64,000 nt of DNA from Candidatus Latescibacterota bacterium (GCA_965222605.1 OZ244960.1:2080001-2144000), one strand, 5' to 3'. Numbered from the stretch's first letter, positions 10,715-21,173 are shown. Notes: a model not told the origin generated them from the letters alone. Translations and numbers: made by a program.

Positions 10715-10785
10715 TTACAAAATTGCCTAACCCGCAGAGTAGGCAGCGGAAATATGATAGAAAATCTCAAGGAGGCCAGCCGCGT

Positions 10786-11442
10786 ATGGCACGAGGAGTC
10801 AACAAAGTCATCTTGATCGGCAATTCTGGCGCCGATCCCGAGCTTCGATACACGCCAGGAGGCACAGCCGTATCGAACTTCAGCATCGCCACCAACGAAA
10901 GCTGGACCGACAGCGGTGGTGAAAAACAAGAACGCACCGAATGGCACCGCATTGTGGTGTGGGGCCGTTTGGCCGAAATCTGCAACCAGTATCTGCGCAA
11001 AGGCAGCAAAGTCTATATCGAAGGCAAATTGCAAACGCGCAGTTGGGAAGGGCAAGATGGGTTAAAGCGCTATACCACCGAAGTGGTTGCCCACGATATG
11101 CAATTGCTGGATTCACGTAGTGATATGGGAAGGGACATTGGATATGGCGGTGAAGAGTCTCAACCCCAGGGCATACCACAGCCTCAGACAGCAACGACTG
11201 AAAAGAACGATACGACACGACAACAACTTAATGTGGCACAAGGGGTAAGGTGTGACGAGTGCAAGGCGGTTATACCTGAAGAACGCCTCAAGGCCATTCC
11301 TGACACACGATTGTGTGTGAAGTGCAAGGATAAGAACGAAAAGATTGTTGGTGAAGAAAAAGAACTTATGCGACAAAGGCGTAAACAATGGGAGAGTGGA
11401 CGCTACATCATTGGGCCGTATTCTCCGCCACCACCGACGTAG
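10786..11442 (+). CDS. ssb: Single-stranded DNA-binding protein fused to a DksA/TraR C4 zinc finger
   Basis: [13 protein letters not shown]...[14 protein letters not shown]...[13 protein letters not shown] fold; C-terminal [25 protein letters not shown]; RBS AAGGAGG. Confidence 0.85.
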   Translation: MARGVNKVILIGNSGADPELRYTPGGTAVSNFSIATNESWTDSGGEKQERTEWHRIVVWGRLAEICNQYLRKGSKVYIEGKLQTRSWEGQDGLKRYTTEVVAHDMQLLDSRSDMGRDIGYGGEESQPQGIPQPQTATTEKNDTTRQQLNVAQGVRCDECKAVIPEERLKAIPDTRLCVKCKDKNEKIVGEEKELMRQRRKQWESGRYIIGPYSPPPPT

Positions 11443-11475
11443 TTTCATCAATCAAATTTCCCTCGCAATATTGAT

Positions 11476-11835
11476 CTAATGCGAAAGGGCGGCTTGTTGT
11501 GTGGGTTGGCTTGGTTTTGTGACGGCTTTGACCTTGAGTTGCAAGCCTGTCTGTTGCTGAAGGCAGTGGATGACCGCAAAGAGGGTATGTGCGTCAAGAC
11601 TGTCCTCGGATGTGAACATTTGCATCAGGCTATCGGGCGATTTGGCGATCAGCTTGCCCAACTTTTGAAAGCCAATGGTCGCCCTGATGTAATCGTACAA
11701 CATCACTCTGCCTGTGCCCACTTCGCCTTCAAGCAGGCACTCGAACATGACGTTGAGCAGTTCCGCGCCGAAAGCCGGCTCGCGCTCTATGCGCTCCTGG
11801 AGCGTTTTCCAAGAAGGTCGCGTTAAAGGGGGCAT
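11476..11835 (-). CDS. Addiction-module antidote (HTH antitoxin)
   Basis: LTRPSWKTLQERIEREPAF...DYIRATIGFQKLG...SPDSLMQMF; directly downstream of the killer gene. Confidence 0.8.
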   Translation of the reverse strand: MPPLTRPSWKTLQERIEREPAFGAELLNVMFECLLEGEVGTGRVMLYDYIRATIGFQKLGKLIAKSPDSLMQMFTSEDSLDAHTLFAVIHCLQQQTGLQLKVKAVTKPSQPTQQAALSH

Positions 11836-11845
11836 CTCAAGTCTC

Positions 11846-12166
11846 CTATCGTTTGCGGCGTTTGTATTCGCGCCAGAGTTGTCGGGCAGTTTCGATATCC
11901 CATTGCTGTCGCTGCTTCGTTCCGCCACCCAAAAGGATGATCAAAACATCGCCTTCCCTGCCAAAGTAGATCCGATAGCCGGGGCCGAAGTCTATCCGAC
12001 ATTCCAAGACCCCGGCACCCACACCTCTTGCGTTGGAAAAGTTGCCATCCTTCATCCTGGCCAGTGCTTTTGCCACTCTAACTGCGGCTTGTCGGTTGAG
12101 CCGATTGAACCATCGGGCGTAGGAGTTGCGTCCGTTAGCGTCGATGTATTCTACGCTTTCGATCAT
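11846..12166 (-). CDS. Addiction-module killer protein (RelE/HigB-like toxin)
   Basis: GVLECRIDFGPGYRIYFG...ILLGGGTKQRQQWDI signature. Confidence 0.9.
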   Translation of the reverse strand: MIESVEYIDANGRNSYARWFNRLNRQAAVRVAKALARMKDGNFSNARGVGAGVLECRIDFGPGYRIYFGREGDVLIILLGGGTKQRQQWDIETARQLWREYKRRKR

Positions 12167-12320
12167 AAATGTTCCGGGCAGGATACGATTTGGCAAGTCT
12201 CTACGCCGAGCGTTTACGGTGGCAAGAAGATGTGAGATAAAAATTAAGCATGTAAATAAAGTGTTGCAAATAAAAAATTGAAGCCATTGTATATATATTT
12301 GATTGAAAGGAACTTACCCA

Positions 12321-13133
12321 ATGAAACTATCCGATCACATACACTGGTCATTTCAGTACGATGGCAGAAGTCAGACGCCGCATTTTGGCAAGCAATTGAT
12401 AGAGATACTGAATAGAGGCACTTCAGCACATGCACTGAGCCAAACAGCGCGAGCATCTGAAAAAAAATACACAGTTCTCCCGAACTATTGGAAAGGGTAT
12501 AAAGGACGTGCGGGTGAAGAAGCTGTGCGCGACCTGGCAATTGGCGAAGTAATAATCAACAGAAAGCGCGAGCCATCGAAAAACTGGTGTTACGATATTC
12601 AATTTCTGAACACCACAAGTGGCGAAAATTTGCACCTCGACTTTTATACTGCGGACGACGACCTCCGCACCCTGCGGGACACCTGGCGCGTAACAGCGAC
12701 CAATGGTGCGGGGGATAACTATCGCCAATTTGCATGCGAAGGACACATCACATCACAGGGAGACCAACAGCAAGTCTCCCTCGTAGTCAACAACACAACC
12801 TTACCCATCGGTCATTTCGAAAGCTCCCACCCCATCACCTGCAACTGGACGCTATTTGACGCAATCCCAAACCTCGCCCACCAGTTAAAAGCATCTGGCG
12901 AACAAATTTCTCTCGCCATATTGGAAGACCTCGAAAAAATCCGCACACCCGTGCGTATTGGCTATATGGAAGACAGTGCTCTGACACTCGACGATGGAAC
13001 CCTGAAACTCTCCGGCTTCTTCGTCTATGGATCGGGAACACTACCCTCGTACTGGTGGCTGGATCAACGGGAACAGGTCATAATCGCATCGACCACATTC
13101 CAAACCTTCGTACTCTCAGGAGGCGCGGCATGA
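12321..13133 (+). CDS. Hypothetical protein, first gene of the sulfatase-GH32 operon
   Basis: RBS GAAAGGA; ATGA overlap with the downstream sulfatase. Confidence 0.7.
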   Translation: MKLSDHIHWSFQYDGRSQTPHFGKQLIEILNRGTSAHALSQTARASEKKYTVLPNYWKGYKGRAGEEAVRDLAIGEVIINRKREPSKNWCYDIQFLNTTSGENLHLDFYTADDDLRTLRDTWRVTATNGAGDNYRQFACEGHITSQGDQQQVSLVVNNTTLPIGHFESSHPITCNWTLFDAIPNLAHQLKASGEQISLAILEDLEKIRTPVRIGYMEDSALTLDDGTLKLSGFFVYGSGTLPSYWWLDQREQVIIASTTFQTFVLSGGAA

Positions 13134-14620
13134 GCGAGCGACCCAATATCCTATTCATCAATACCGACCAGCACACCTGGGACGTGATATCCGCCTACGG
13201 CAACACACATGTAAAAACGCCACACATCGACCGCCTGCACAACAACGGCATATCATTTATGCGGTCTTATAGCAGTGACCCGGTCTGCGCCCCTGCGCGT
13301 GCGAGTTGGATGACCGGGCGATTCACCTCAGAAGCCGGCACCCCGTTCAACGGCGGCTATTTGCACGAAGACATACCCGACCTGGGACAGATATTACAAC
13401 AAAGCGATTATCGCGCAATCCACTGCGGCAAATGGCACGTAGATGGCCGAAACGTGTACGATAGTTTCGACGTCCTGTACTACGGTCAAAAGCGAATCGG
13501 GGCAGGCGGTGGCGAATACTACGACTCGGCAATGACCCATGCTGTCGTGGACTTTTTGACGGACTACGACAAAACCGATCCATTTTATCTCCAGATCTGG
13601 TATGTCAACCCGCACGACATCTGTGAGTACGGTCACAACTTTGAAACAAAAGAAATGCCCGACGCCGTGCGCCGGGGCATGCTCAGCGAAGAGGACTTAC
13701 CCCCTCTACCTGAAAATTTTAATTACGACACCCGCGAAACCGTCTTGCATCGTGTATGCAGGCGCGTAGATGAATGCCTGATACACTGGCCGATCTTGCG
13801 AGCCATGAAAACATGGGACGAACTCCAATGGCGAACATTTATATGGAATCATCACCGCTTCGTAGAAAAAGTAGATGGCGAAATCGGCCTGATCTTAACC
13901 GCACTTGAGCAAAGCGGCCTCGCGGATAACACTGTAATTATCTTCAGCGTAGATCACGGCGAAGCCTTTGGGCAACACCAGATGTTCCAGAAATTTTCCC
14001 TTTATGAAGCCAGCATTCGCGTACCCTTTATTGTCTCCTCACTCGGACACAACTTAAACATTCCCAAAGGCGCGTTTGACCACAAACACTTTGTATCCGG
14101 TGTCGATCTCCTGCCCACCGTATGCGACTATGCCGGGATTGACCCACCCGAACATGCACGGGGAATGAGCGTACGCCCCCTTGTTGAGGGACAGGATGTG
14201 CCCTGGCGCGATTTTGCCTTTGTCGAAAGCAACTACTGGGGACGCGCACTGCTCTTTGACCGTTATAAATACGTCTGTGAGTATATTCCCTACGGCCATA
14301 AAAAAGACCTGCTCCCACCCGGCCCCGATCCCGAACGCATTGGCCTTGAGCAAATTTTTGATCTACAGAACGACCCGGGAGAAACGCAAAATCTTGCCTT
14401 TGACGAAAACAAACGCGCTTTACTAATGCAATGCCGCCAGGCATTATTGAATTTTGAAGCGGGATTGGAACGGCGGCAAATCACACACGAGCGACCCGTC
14501 CGTCAAATCGGCACATGGGGACAGCGAATTCGGGCGCACTGGGACGCACACCCCGAATTGGAAGCCATGAGAATCCCCCCGCAAACAGCAAATTCAAACA
14601 GAAAGGACATTTCACCATGA
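13130..14620 (+). CDS. Sulfatase (S1)
   Basis: RPNILFINTDQH, CAPARASWMTG, GKWHV, DHGE. Confidence 0.93.
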   Translation: MSERPNILFINTDQHTWDVISAYGNTHVKTPHIDRLHNNGISFMRSYSSDPVCAPARASWMTGRFTSEAGTPFNGGYLHEDIPDLGQILQQSDYRAIHCGKWHVDGRNVYDSFDVLYYGQKRIGAGGGEYYDSAMTHAVVDFLTDYDKTDPFYLQIWYVNPHDICEYGHNFETKEMPDAVRRGMLSEEDLPPLPENFNYDTRETVLHRVCRRVDECLIHWPILRAMKTWDELQWRTFIWNHHRFVEKVDGEIGLILTALEQSGLADNTVIIFSVDHGEAFGQHQMFQKFSLYEASIRVPFIVSSLGHNLNIPKGAFDHKHFVSGVDLLPTVCDYAGIDPPEHARGMSVRPLVEGQDVPWRDFAFVESNYWGRALLFDRYKYVCEYIPYGHKKDLLPPGPDPERIGLEQIFDLQNDPGETQNLAFDENKRALLMQCRQALLNFEAGLERRQITHERPVRQIGTWGQRIRAHWDAHPELEAMRIPPQTANSNRKDISP

Positions 14621-16167
14621 GCGACACACCAGATTACACATCACTCGTACCGCACTACACATTTCCAAACACACTTGAAGAACAGCGCGAAGCCCTCGCC
14701 ACAAATCCGCTATTACAGCGGATGAATGAATCGCGAAAAGGGTATGAAGGCGATCCGCACAGACCTATCTATCACTATGTAAATCCAGAACACACCCTCA
14801 ATGATCCCAATGGGATTTGCTTCTGGCAGGGGCGATGGCATCTGTTTTACCAGGCATATCCCCCCGAAGACCCTCGTCAGCACTGGGGACACGCCATCAG
14901 CGACGACTTGATCCATTGGGAAGATCTGCCCTATGCGATTTATCCCAATCCCGAACGCTGCTGTTTTTCCGGCGCAACACTCGTGGAAGACGATCGCGTC
15001 ATCGCCATGTATCACGGCACCATGGTTGGCAACATGGTCGCCGTATCGAGCGATCCCCTGCTATTGAACTGGGAAAAAGTAACCGGACAAGCCGTAATCC
15101 CCATGGAAAATCCCGATGGCTCCACACCGCCCTATCGGGTATTTGATCCCTGTATCTGGAAAAAGGGAGATTTTTATTACTCGCTCTCCGGCGGCACCCT
15201 GCCCGGACTGGGTGGCAAGCGCACCCGCGCGAACTTCTTGCTCCGCTCACCCGATCTGGCGAACTGGACATATTTGCATCCATTTGTCGAAGACGATCTG
15301 TTCACGCTCGTTGGCGACGACGGCGCCTGCCCCTATTTCTGGCCCATTGCAGATCGCCATATCTTGCTGTTCTACAGCCACATGAGCGGGGGGCAATATC
15401 TGCTGGGCGATTACGACAAAGAGCGCGACAAATTTGTGGTGACAGCGCATGACAAATGCAATTTTGGTCCCTCGGGTCCCTGTGGCGTACACGCGCCTTC
15501 AGCAACCCCGGATGGAAATGGCAATATCATTGTGATTTTCAACATGAACCCTGGCAAGCCGACAGAGAATTGGAACCAGATCATGACCCTGCCCCGCAAA
15601 TTAATCCTCATCGGCGACGAGGATTTGCGCGTAGAACCAGCGGGCGACGTGGAATCTCTGCGCCGCGATCACCAGCACGTAGATGGCATGACACTCGCGG
15701 CCAATACTGAGGTCGTACTCGACAATATCCAGGGCAACGCGATGGAGATCGTCGCTGAAATCGATACCAAAAACGCGCCCATGGTCGAGATGGACGTATT
15801 GCGGTCACCGAACAAAGAAGAAGTCACACGCATTATGTTTTTCAAAGACCGCGGGTTCAGAAATCGAGAACTCAACACACAAAAGAGCTTGATCACCATC
15901 GATTCATCGTGTTCATCAATTCTACCCGACGTGCGCACCCGCGCACCAGAAACCGCTTCGGTCTATATCGCGCCGGACGAAACCCTGAAATTGCGCGTAT
16001 TTGTCGATAAAAGCGTCGTAGAAGTATTTGTAAACGACAAACAATGCGTGGCATTGCGCGTCTATCCCGGGCGCGAAGACAGCACTGGCGTCTCCCTGCG
16101 GTCACAGGGACAGGACAGCGAACTCCTGTCTCTCGACGCCTATCAAATGGAGAATATCTACGAATAA
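14617..16167 (+). CDS. Glycoside hydrolase family 32 protein with non-canonical catalytic motifs
   Basis: LNDPNG, WGHAISDDLIHW, FSG, C-terminal LRVFVDKSVVEVF; FDP and ACP in place of RDP and ECP. Confidence 0.88.
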   Translation: MSDTPDYTSLVPHYTFPNTLEEQREALATNPLLQRMNESRKGYEGDPHRPIYHYVNPEHTLNDPNGICFWQGRWHLFYQAYPPEDPRQHWGHAISDDLIHWEDLPYAIYPNPERCCFSGATLVEDDRVIAMYHGTMVGNMVAVSSDPLLLNWEKVTGQAVIPMENPDGSTPPYRVFDPCIWKKGDFYYSLSGGTLPGLGGKRTRANFLLRSPDLANWTYLHPFVEDDLFTLVGDDGACPYFWPIADRHILLFYSHMSGGQYLLGDYDKERDKFVVTAHDKCNFGPSGPCGVHAPSATPDGNGNIIVIFNMNPGKPTENWNQIMTLPRKLILIGDEDLRVEPAGDVESLRRDHQHVDGMTLAANTEVVLDNIQGNAMEIVAEIDTKNAPMVEMDVLRSPNKEEVTRIMFFKDRGFRNRELNTQKSLITIDSSCSSILPDVRTRAPETASVYIAPDETLKLRVFVDKSVVEVFVNDKQCVALRVYPGREDSTGVSLRSQGQDSELLSLDAYQMENIYE

Positions 16168-16193
16168 TAACCGCGGACATCCCACCCACAAAC

Positions 16194-16230
16194 AAAAGCC
16201 CCCGACGCCATAACCGCACCGGGGGCTTTT
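16194..16230. terminator. Bidirectional intrinsic terminator
   Basis: AAAAGCCCCCG...CGGGGGCTTTT hairpin between convergent genes. Confidence 0.75.
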
Positions 16231-16246
16231 CGCTACTGTACAGCCT

Positions 16247-17422
16247 TCACGACATAGTCTGGAAGCGTTCCCAAGATTCACCAGCCGCTGCCGCTTGCCG
16301 CTCCAACTCACCGCGCCAACCGATCACCTCACCGGCTTTGACGCGCTTAATATCAAAACCCGGATACCGATCCTCGAGCGTATCCCCGAGTTTCGTTTTC
16401 TCAGCCCAGCGATCCCACGCCGTCTTCATCCACTCGTGTGGTAGTGCTTCTCTCACAGCGGGATCGAGTTGCCAGGCATGTCGCACATCGCTCACAGATG
16501 GCTCCTCCGTAGATGGTCCCGACCACTTCGACCAACCAATTGACAACGTATTGCGCTCGCGATCGGGAACCGTGTGCCCCGTATGGATCGTCGTCCCATT
16601 GCGGATAAGAGCTTCCCCAGCCTTGAGCCGGATCGCCACCTGCCCCGGCAATGGGTCTTTGCCATTCCAACTCGGCGTATGCGGCACCCCCTGCTCCTTC
16701 ACCGCCTTCGGCAAAAGCACATCGTGTTCAAACGGCGTACGCCACCGATTGTGGCTCCCCGGTATGAGTTCGTGACACTCGTCGTCCGCCAATGCCAAAA
16801 ACATACTCACGCCATTCCGCTCCACGAGAGACTTCGCATTATTTGCGCGGATCTCTTCCCAGCGTTTCCTCTCAACCTCCTCAGAATACGCCTCTGGATC
16901 TTTACCCCGCTCGTCCCGCTGTGCAAAATAGCGCTCCCCCGTGCCCCACCACGTCACATCCCGGTGCCAACTCAGCTTATTCTCCTTCTGCCGGGCATTG
17001 CACCAAAGCAGCAACCCACCCAGCACCATATCTTCGGACTGCAGCCCGTCACACCACGAATGAACAAAATTCAGAAAATCTGGCGAACCGTGAAACTCCG
17101 CAAAACACGGCTCCCCGAAAGCGGGATGGACAAGTCCCCGAATCGCCCACGGTTCATCGTTCCCCGTGCGGTGTACATAACCCTTCGAACAGTCGATCTT
17201 GCTGTACCCATTCTCTGGCGCGCACGCCTCGGTCACGCGGCGACCCGCCTCGCGGAGAACGGGAATCCACGGATTATCGACAAAATCGGTAATAATCACA
17301 AAACCGTGCTCCTCCAGATGCGCCAATCGCTCTGGCGTAGCCCCGGGAGCCGCAAGCTCTGGCTTAGAATCGGCAAAAGCCGGAGCGCGATACGACGTTG
17401 ATGGTGATTGAGAATTGGACAT
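16247..17422 (-). CDS. PhyH-like Fe(II)/2-oxoglutarate dioxygenase
   Basis: HLEEHGFVII, WHRD, LIPGSH, LKAGEALI...TIHTG. Confidence 0.8.
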   Translation of the reverse strand: MSNSQSPSTSYRAPAFADSKPELAAPGATPERLAHLEEHGFVIITDFVDNPWIPVLREAGRRVTEACAPENGYSKIDCSKGYVHRTGNDEPWAIRGLVHPAFGEPCFAEFHGSPDFLNFVHSWCDGLQSEDMVLGGLLLWCNARQKENKLSWHRDVTWWGTGERYFAQRDERGKDPEAYSEEVERKRWEEIRANNAKSLVERNGVSMFLALADDECHELIPGSHNRWRTPFEHDVLLPKAVKEQGVPHTPSWNGKDPLPGQVAIRLKAGEALIRNGTTIHTGHTVPDRERNTLSIGWSKWSGPSTEEPSVSDVRHAWQLDPAVREALPHEWMKTAWDRWAEKTKLGDTLEDRYPGFDIKRVKAGEVIGWRGELERQAAAAGESWERFQTMS

Positions 17423-17579
17423 CTTCATTCCTTTCGCCCCGTGCCAGATCTATGGTCTCAGCACTGAGGGCATCGTAAAGGTGATAAATCTGCGTTCCCC
17501 ACTTCCCATTTTTCTATATAAAAGAAATTTGGCATGAAACAAAAAATTTATCAAGAGCTATCGGCAGTCAGCAATCAGC

Positions 17580-17647
17580 GGGCGACCACAGGGGGTCGCC
17601 CCTACAAACCACAACATCACCGTAGGGGACGGTCCCTGTGCCGTCCC
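17580..17647. repeat. Inverted pair of GTAG-type REP palindromes
   Basis: GGGCGACCACAGGGGGTCGCCCCTAC, 16-bp spacer, then GTAGGGGACGGTCCCTGTGCCGTCCC. Confidence 0.8.
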
Positions 17648-17773
17648 CAGCAGATCTTGATTTACATCATATCTTCTAACATAGTAAAAATGTTGCTTTT
17701 TTTAAAAAGTGGTATAATTTTGGATGATGTGAAACTGGAACGTGAATTTGAGGAGATCGCAGAGGAGACCGCA

Positions 17774-18547
17774 ATGGAATTAACCGAAAGCCAAAAGCAA
17801 TTTTTCTACGAGGAAGGCTATCTCAGAGTCTCGGGTGCCGTATCCCGCGTCATGGTAGATGCGGCGCGACAGGCGATCAATGCCGAAATAGGCAAAGGGA
17901 ATACCAACCCATTTCCCGAAATCAACGCCACACCAGTCATTACGGACCTATTCAACGAAACACCCGTATTTTCCCTGCTCGAATCCGCATTGGGAGAAGG
18001 CAACTTGCAGCGCAGTCAGACAGGAAGTATCAAACTCAATTTTCCGCGCCCGCCAGGCAGTCTTCCGACAGGCACGTTGACGAAAAAAATTGGATGGGGT
18101 ATAAGCGGCGGGCACCTGGACGGCATTAAAGCCGTAGGCGATCGGTTGCGTGGGTTGCGTGAAGACGGTACGTATAACCGGAATTTTACATCTTTTGCGG
18201 TCGTATATCTGGATGATGTGCAGGTTCCCAATGGCGGCAATTTTACAATATGGCCCAGGTCGCATCATTTTTTTCAGGACTATTTCAAGGAACACGGGCA
18301 TCAGATTTTGGATGACCACATGCCCCATGTCGATTTGCCCGAAGGTCCGGTATTTGTAACTGGCGAAGCCGGAGACGTGGTCTTTGCCCATCACGCCATG
18401 GTGCATACGGGCTGCCCCAACTCCTCGCCAGACATTCGATACGCCGTGATTTTCAGAGCCAAACACACACAGATCAGTGAAATCGGATTCGATGCCTTCA
18501 CCGATATATGGCGCGAGTGGGATGGTGTGCGCGAGGCCGTAGCGTAA
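17774..18547 (+). CDS. PhyH-like dioxygenase
   Basis: QKQFFYEEGYL, HLDG, WPRSH, GEAGDVVFAHHAMVH. Confidence 0.85.
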   Translation: MELTESQKQFFYEEGYLRVSGAVSRVMVDAARQAINAEIGKGNTNPFPEINATPVITDLFNETPVFSLLESALGEGNLQRSQTGSIKLNFPRPPGSLPTGTLTKKIGWGISGGHLDGIKAVGDRLRGLREDGTYNRNFTSFAVVYLDDVQVPNGGNFTIWPRSHHFFQDYFKEHGHQILDDHMPHVDLPEGPVFVTGEAGDVVFAHHAMVHTGCPNSSPDIRYAVIFRAKHTQISEIGFDAFTDIWREWDGVREAVA

Positions 18548-18574
18548 AACCAAATAACAGAAAGGAAATTCAGT

Positions 18575-19462
18575 ATGAAAACAGCATCTGACTTTGATCG
18601 TGAACTACTCGACCTCTACGATGAATATGTCCACGGACAAACAGATCGGCGAGGCTTCTTAAACCGCGCTGCGAAATTCGCAGTTGGCGGCGTAACCGCT
18701 GCCGCTTTGTTGGACAGCCTAAAACCCAATTACGCGCTTGCACAGCAAATCGCCAAAGACGACGAGCGCATCACCGCCGAGTACATAGAATACCCATCTC
18801 CAGAAGGACACGAAAAAACGCGCGGATACCTCGTCGCGCCAGCACAGGCAGAAGGCAAAGTACCCGGCGTCGTTGTCATCCACGAAAATCGCGGCTTAAA
18901 TCCCTACGTAGAAGACGTTGCCCGGCGTGTGGCAACGGCCGGCTTTCTGGCTTTGGCCCCCGACGCGCTCGCTCCTCTGGGCGGCTATCCCGGCACGGAT
19001 GACGAAGGGCGACTCATGCAGCGCGAGATAGATCGCAATAAGATGACAGAGGATTTTATCGCCTCTGCGCGTTATTTACACACACACGAAAAATGCACCG
19101 GAAAAGTCGGCGTCGTGGGCTTCTGCTTTGGCGGCGGCATGTCAAACACCCTTGCCGTGCGCATCCCCGATATTATCTCTGCCGCAGTCCCCTTTTACGG
19201 CCGCCAACCCGCCGCCGAAGACGTGCCAAAAATAAAAGGCGCCTTGCTCATCCACTATGCAGAATTGGACAGACGTATCAACCGGGGCTGGCCCGCTTAT
19301 GAAGCCGCACTCAAAGAAGCAGGCGTGAGTTACACGGCTCATATATACGAAAACGTCAACCACGGATTTCACAACGACACAACGCCGCGTTATGACGAAA
19401 CCGCTGCAAACCTCGCCTGGCAACGCACGATTGACTTTTTTAATGAGACATTGAAGAAATAG
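18575..19462 (+). CDS. Dienelactone hydrolase family protein (YghX-like)
   Basis: [29 protein letters not shown]. Confidence 0.92.
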   Translation: MKTASDFDRELLDLYDEYVHGQTDRRGFLNRAAKFAVGGVTAAALLDSLKPNYALAQQIAKDDERITAEYIEYPSPEGHEKTRGYLVAPAQAEGKVPGVVVIHENRGLNPYVEDVARRVATAGFLALAPDALAPLGGYPGTDDEGRLMQREIDRNKMTEDFIASARYLHTHEKCTGKVGVVGFCFGGGMSNTLAVRIPDIISAAVPFYGRQPAAEDVPKIKGALLIHYAELDRRINRGWPAYEAALKEAGVSYTAHIYENVNHGFHNDTTPRYDETAANLAWQRTIDFFNETLKK

Positions 19463-19482
19463 CTTCTTAACAAGGAATTTTC

Positions 19483-21114
19483 ATGAACGGCATTGAATAT
19501 ATCGCTCGCATTTTGAAACAAGAAGGCGTCGAATGGATCTCCTGTTTTCCCAGCAATCCTCTAATTGAGGAGGCGGCCAAAGAAGGCATCCGCCCAATCG
19601 CATTTCGCCATGAACGCGGGGCAGTAATGGCCGCAGACGGCTTTAGCCGCACCAGCAACCGACAGCGATTTGGCGTCGTGGCTATACAATCACAAGCCGG
19701 TGCAGAAAACGCAATGGGTGGAATTGCCCAGGCTTATGCCGACAACATCCCAATTCTGGTCCTTCCCGGCGGCGTAAGACTCAGTCAAATCGCGGTTCGT
19801 CCCAATTTTTCCGCAAGCCACACATATCGCGGGTGGGTCAAACGCGTTGAAGCGATCTATCGACCAGAAGATGTTGGCACCGTGATGCGCCGCGCATTCC
19901 ACGCGCTTCGCAATGGCCCTACAGGTCCCGTAGTGGTCGAAATGACCTCCGATGTCTGTGCAGAGGAAGTACCTGCCGACGCACAAAATTATCACTCGCC
20001 ACAACGCGCACGACAGGTGCCCTCGACCGGAGACATCAAAGATGCCGTCACAGCACTGCTCGCGGCAAAAACCCCCGTACTCTGGGCGGGACGCGGGGTA
20101 TTATTTGCCGGTGCGACAGATGAATTAAAAGAACTGGTCAATCTAACCGGCATACCCGTATTTTGCACCATGCCCGGCAAATCGGCCTTTGACGAACGCC
20201 ATCCCCTGGCTCTCGGCGCTGGTAGCGGCGCAACCACGGGACCTGTACACCACTGGCTCAAAAATTGCGACGTACTGCTCGCGCTCGGATCCAGTTTAAC
20301 CCGCACGCCTTATGCACAGTCCGTCCCACCCGCCAGGGTACTCATCCAAAACACCGATAATCCAGATGATATCAACAAAGACGAAGCCGTAGATATCGGA
20401 TTGATCGGCGATGTCAAACTCACCTTGCAAGCTATTATTGACGAAGTAAAAGCTCAGATTGGCGAACCCAATAATTCTGATCGAGTCGCCGCTGAGATCG
20501 CACATGCCAAAAAAGAATGGCTCGACACATGGACGCCCCTGCTGACCTCCAATGAAGAACCCCTCAATCCCTATCGCGTAATCAACGAAATCAACAACAC
20601 ACTCGACCGCGAAAACAGCATGGTCACGCACGATGCTGGCGCGCCCCGCGACTCAATTGTGCCATTTTATACCGCAACCACGCCCCACAGTTATATCGGC
20701 TGGGGCAAAACAACCCACCTGGGCTTTGGCATCCCGCTGATGATCGGCGCCAAACTGGCCCATCCCGACAAATTCTGTCTCAACATGATGGGAGATGGCG
20801 CCTTCGGCATGTCCGGTCTGGACCTTGAAACATCTGCTCGCGCAGGCATTCCCATTACAACCGTGCTTCTGAACAACGGGGGCATGGCGACATATCCCGG
20901 CGGATTTCCCGTGGCGCGCGAACGCTATGGCGTTTCCTATATGCAGGGCAACTATGCCCAGATTGCCGAAGGCATGGGCGCTGTGGGCATCACCGTTAAA
21001 AAAGCGGGCGAAATGCGCCCCGCATTACAAGAAGCACAGCGATTAAATGCCGATGGCAAAACCGTGTTGATCGATGTGCATACCAGCATGGAGAACAAAC
21101 AATCGCGGTTTTGA
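19483..21114 (+). CDS. Thiamine pyrophosphate-requiring enzyme (acetolactate synthase-like)
   Basis: RHER...ADGFSR; GDGAFGM...NN TPP-binding motif. Confidence 0.9.
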   Translation: MNGIEYIARILKQEGVEWISCFPSNPLIEEAAKEGIRPIAFRHERGAVMAADGFSRTSNRQRFGVVAIQSQAGAENAMGGIAQAYADNIPILVLPGGVRLSQIAVRPNFSASHTYRGWVKRVEAIYRPEDVGTVMRRAFHALRNGPTGPVVVEMTSDVCAEEVPADAQNYHSPQRARQVPSTGDIKDAVTALLAAKTPVLWAGRGVLFAGATDELKELVNLTGIPVFCTMPGKSAFDERHPLALGAGSGATTGPVHHWLKNCDVLLALGSSLTRTPYAQSVPPARVLIQNTDNPDDINKDEAVDIGLIGDVKLTLQAIIDEVKAQIGEPNNSDRVAAEIAHAKKEWLDTWTPLLTSNEEPLNPYRVINEINNTLDRENSMVTHDAGAPRDSIVPFYTATTPHSYIGWGKTTHLGFGIPLMIGAKLAHPDKFCLNMMGDGAFGMSGLDLETSARAGIPITTVLLNNGGMATYPGGFPVARERYGVSYMQGNYAQIAEGMGAVGITVKKAGEMRPALQEAQRLNADGKTVLIDVHTSMENKQSRF

Positions 21115-21142
21115 TCACTGTCGAAAACATCAGACATAAACC

Positions 21143-21173
21143 AAAAAACCACGCCCAAGGGACGTGGTTTTTT
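21143..21173. terminator. Bidirectional intrinsic terminator
   Basis: AAAAAACCACG...CGTGGTTTTTT between convergent genes; near-copy at 29979-30009. Confidence 0.8.

Noticed and set aside
16044-17401. Plus-strand ORFs of 243, 275 and 166 aa
   Set aside because: Antisense shadows of the PhyH-like gene 16247-17422; no motifs or RBS
17534-17773. Long N-terminal extensions from the ORF track (also at 10711, 13055, 14515, 24132, 27137, 28359, 34361, 38641, 47051)
   Set aside because: They run through REPs, intergenic DNA or neighbouring genes; downstream starts have RBSs and match family N-termini
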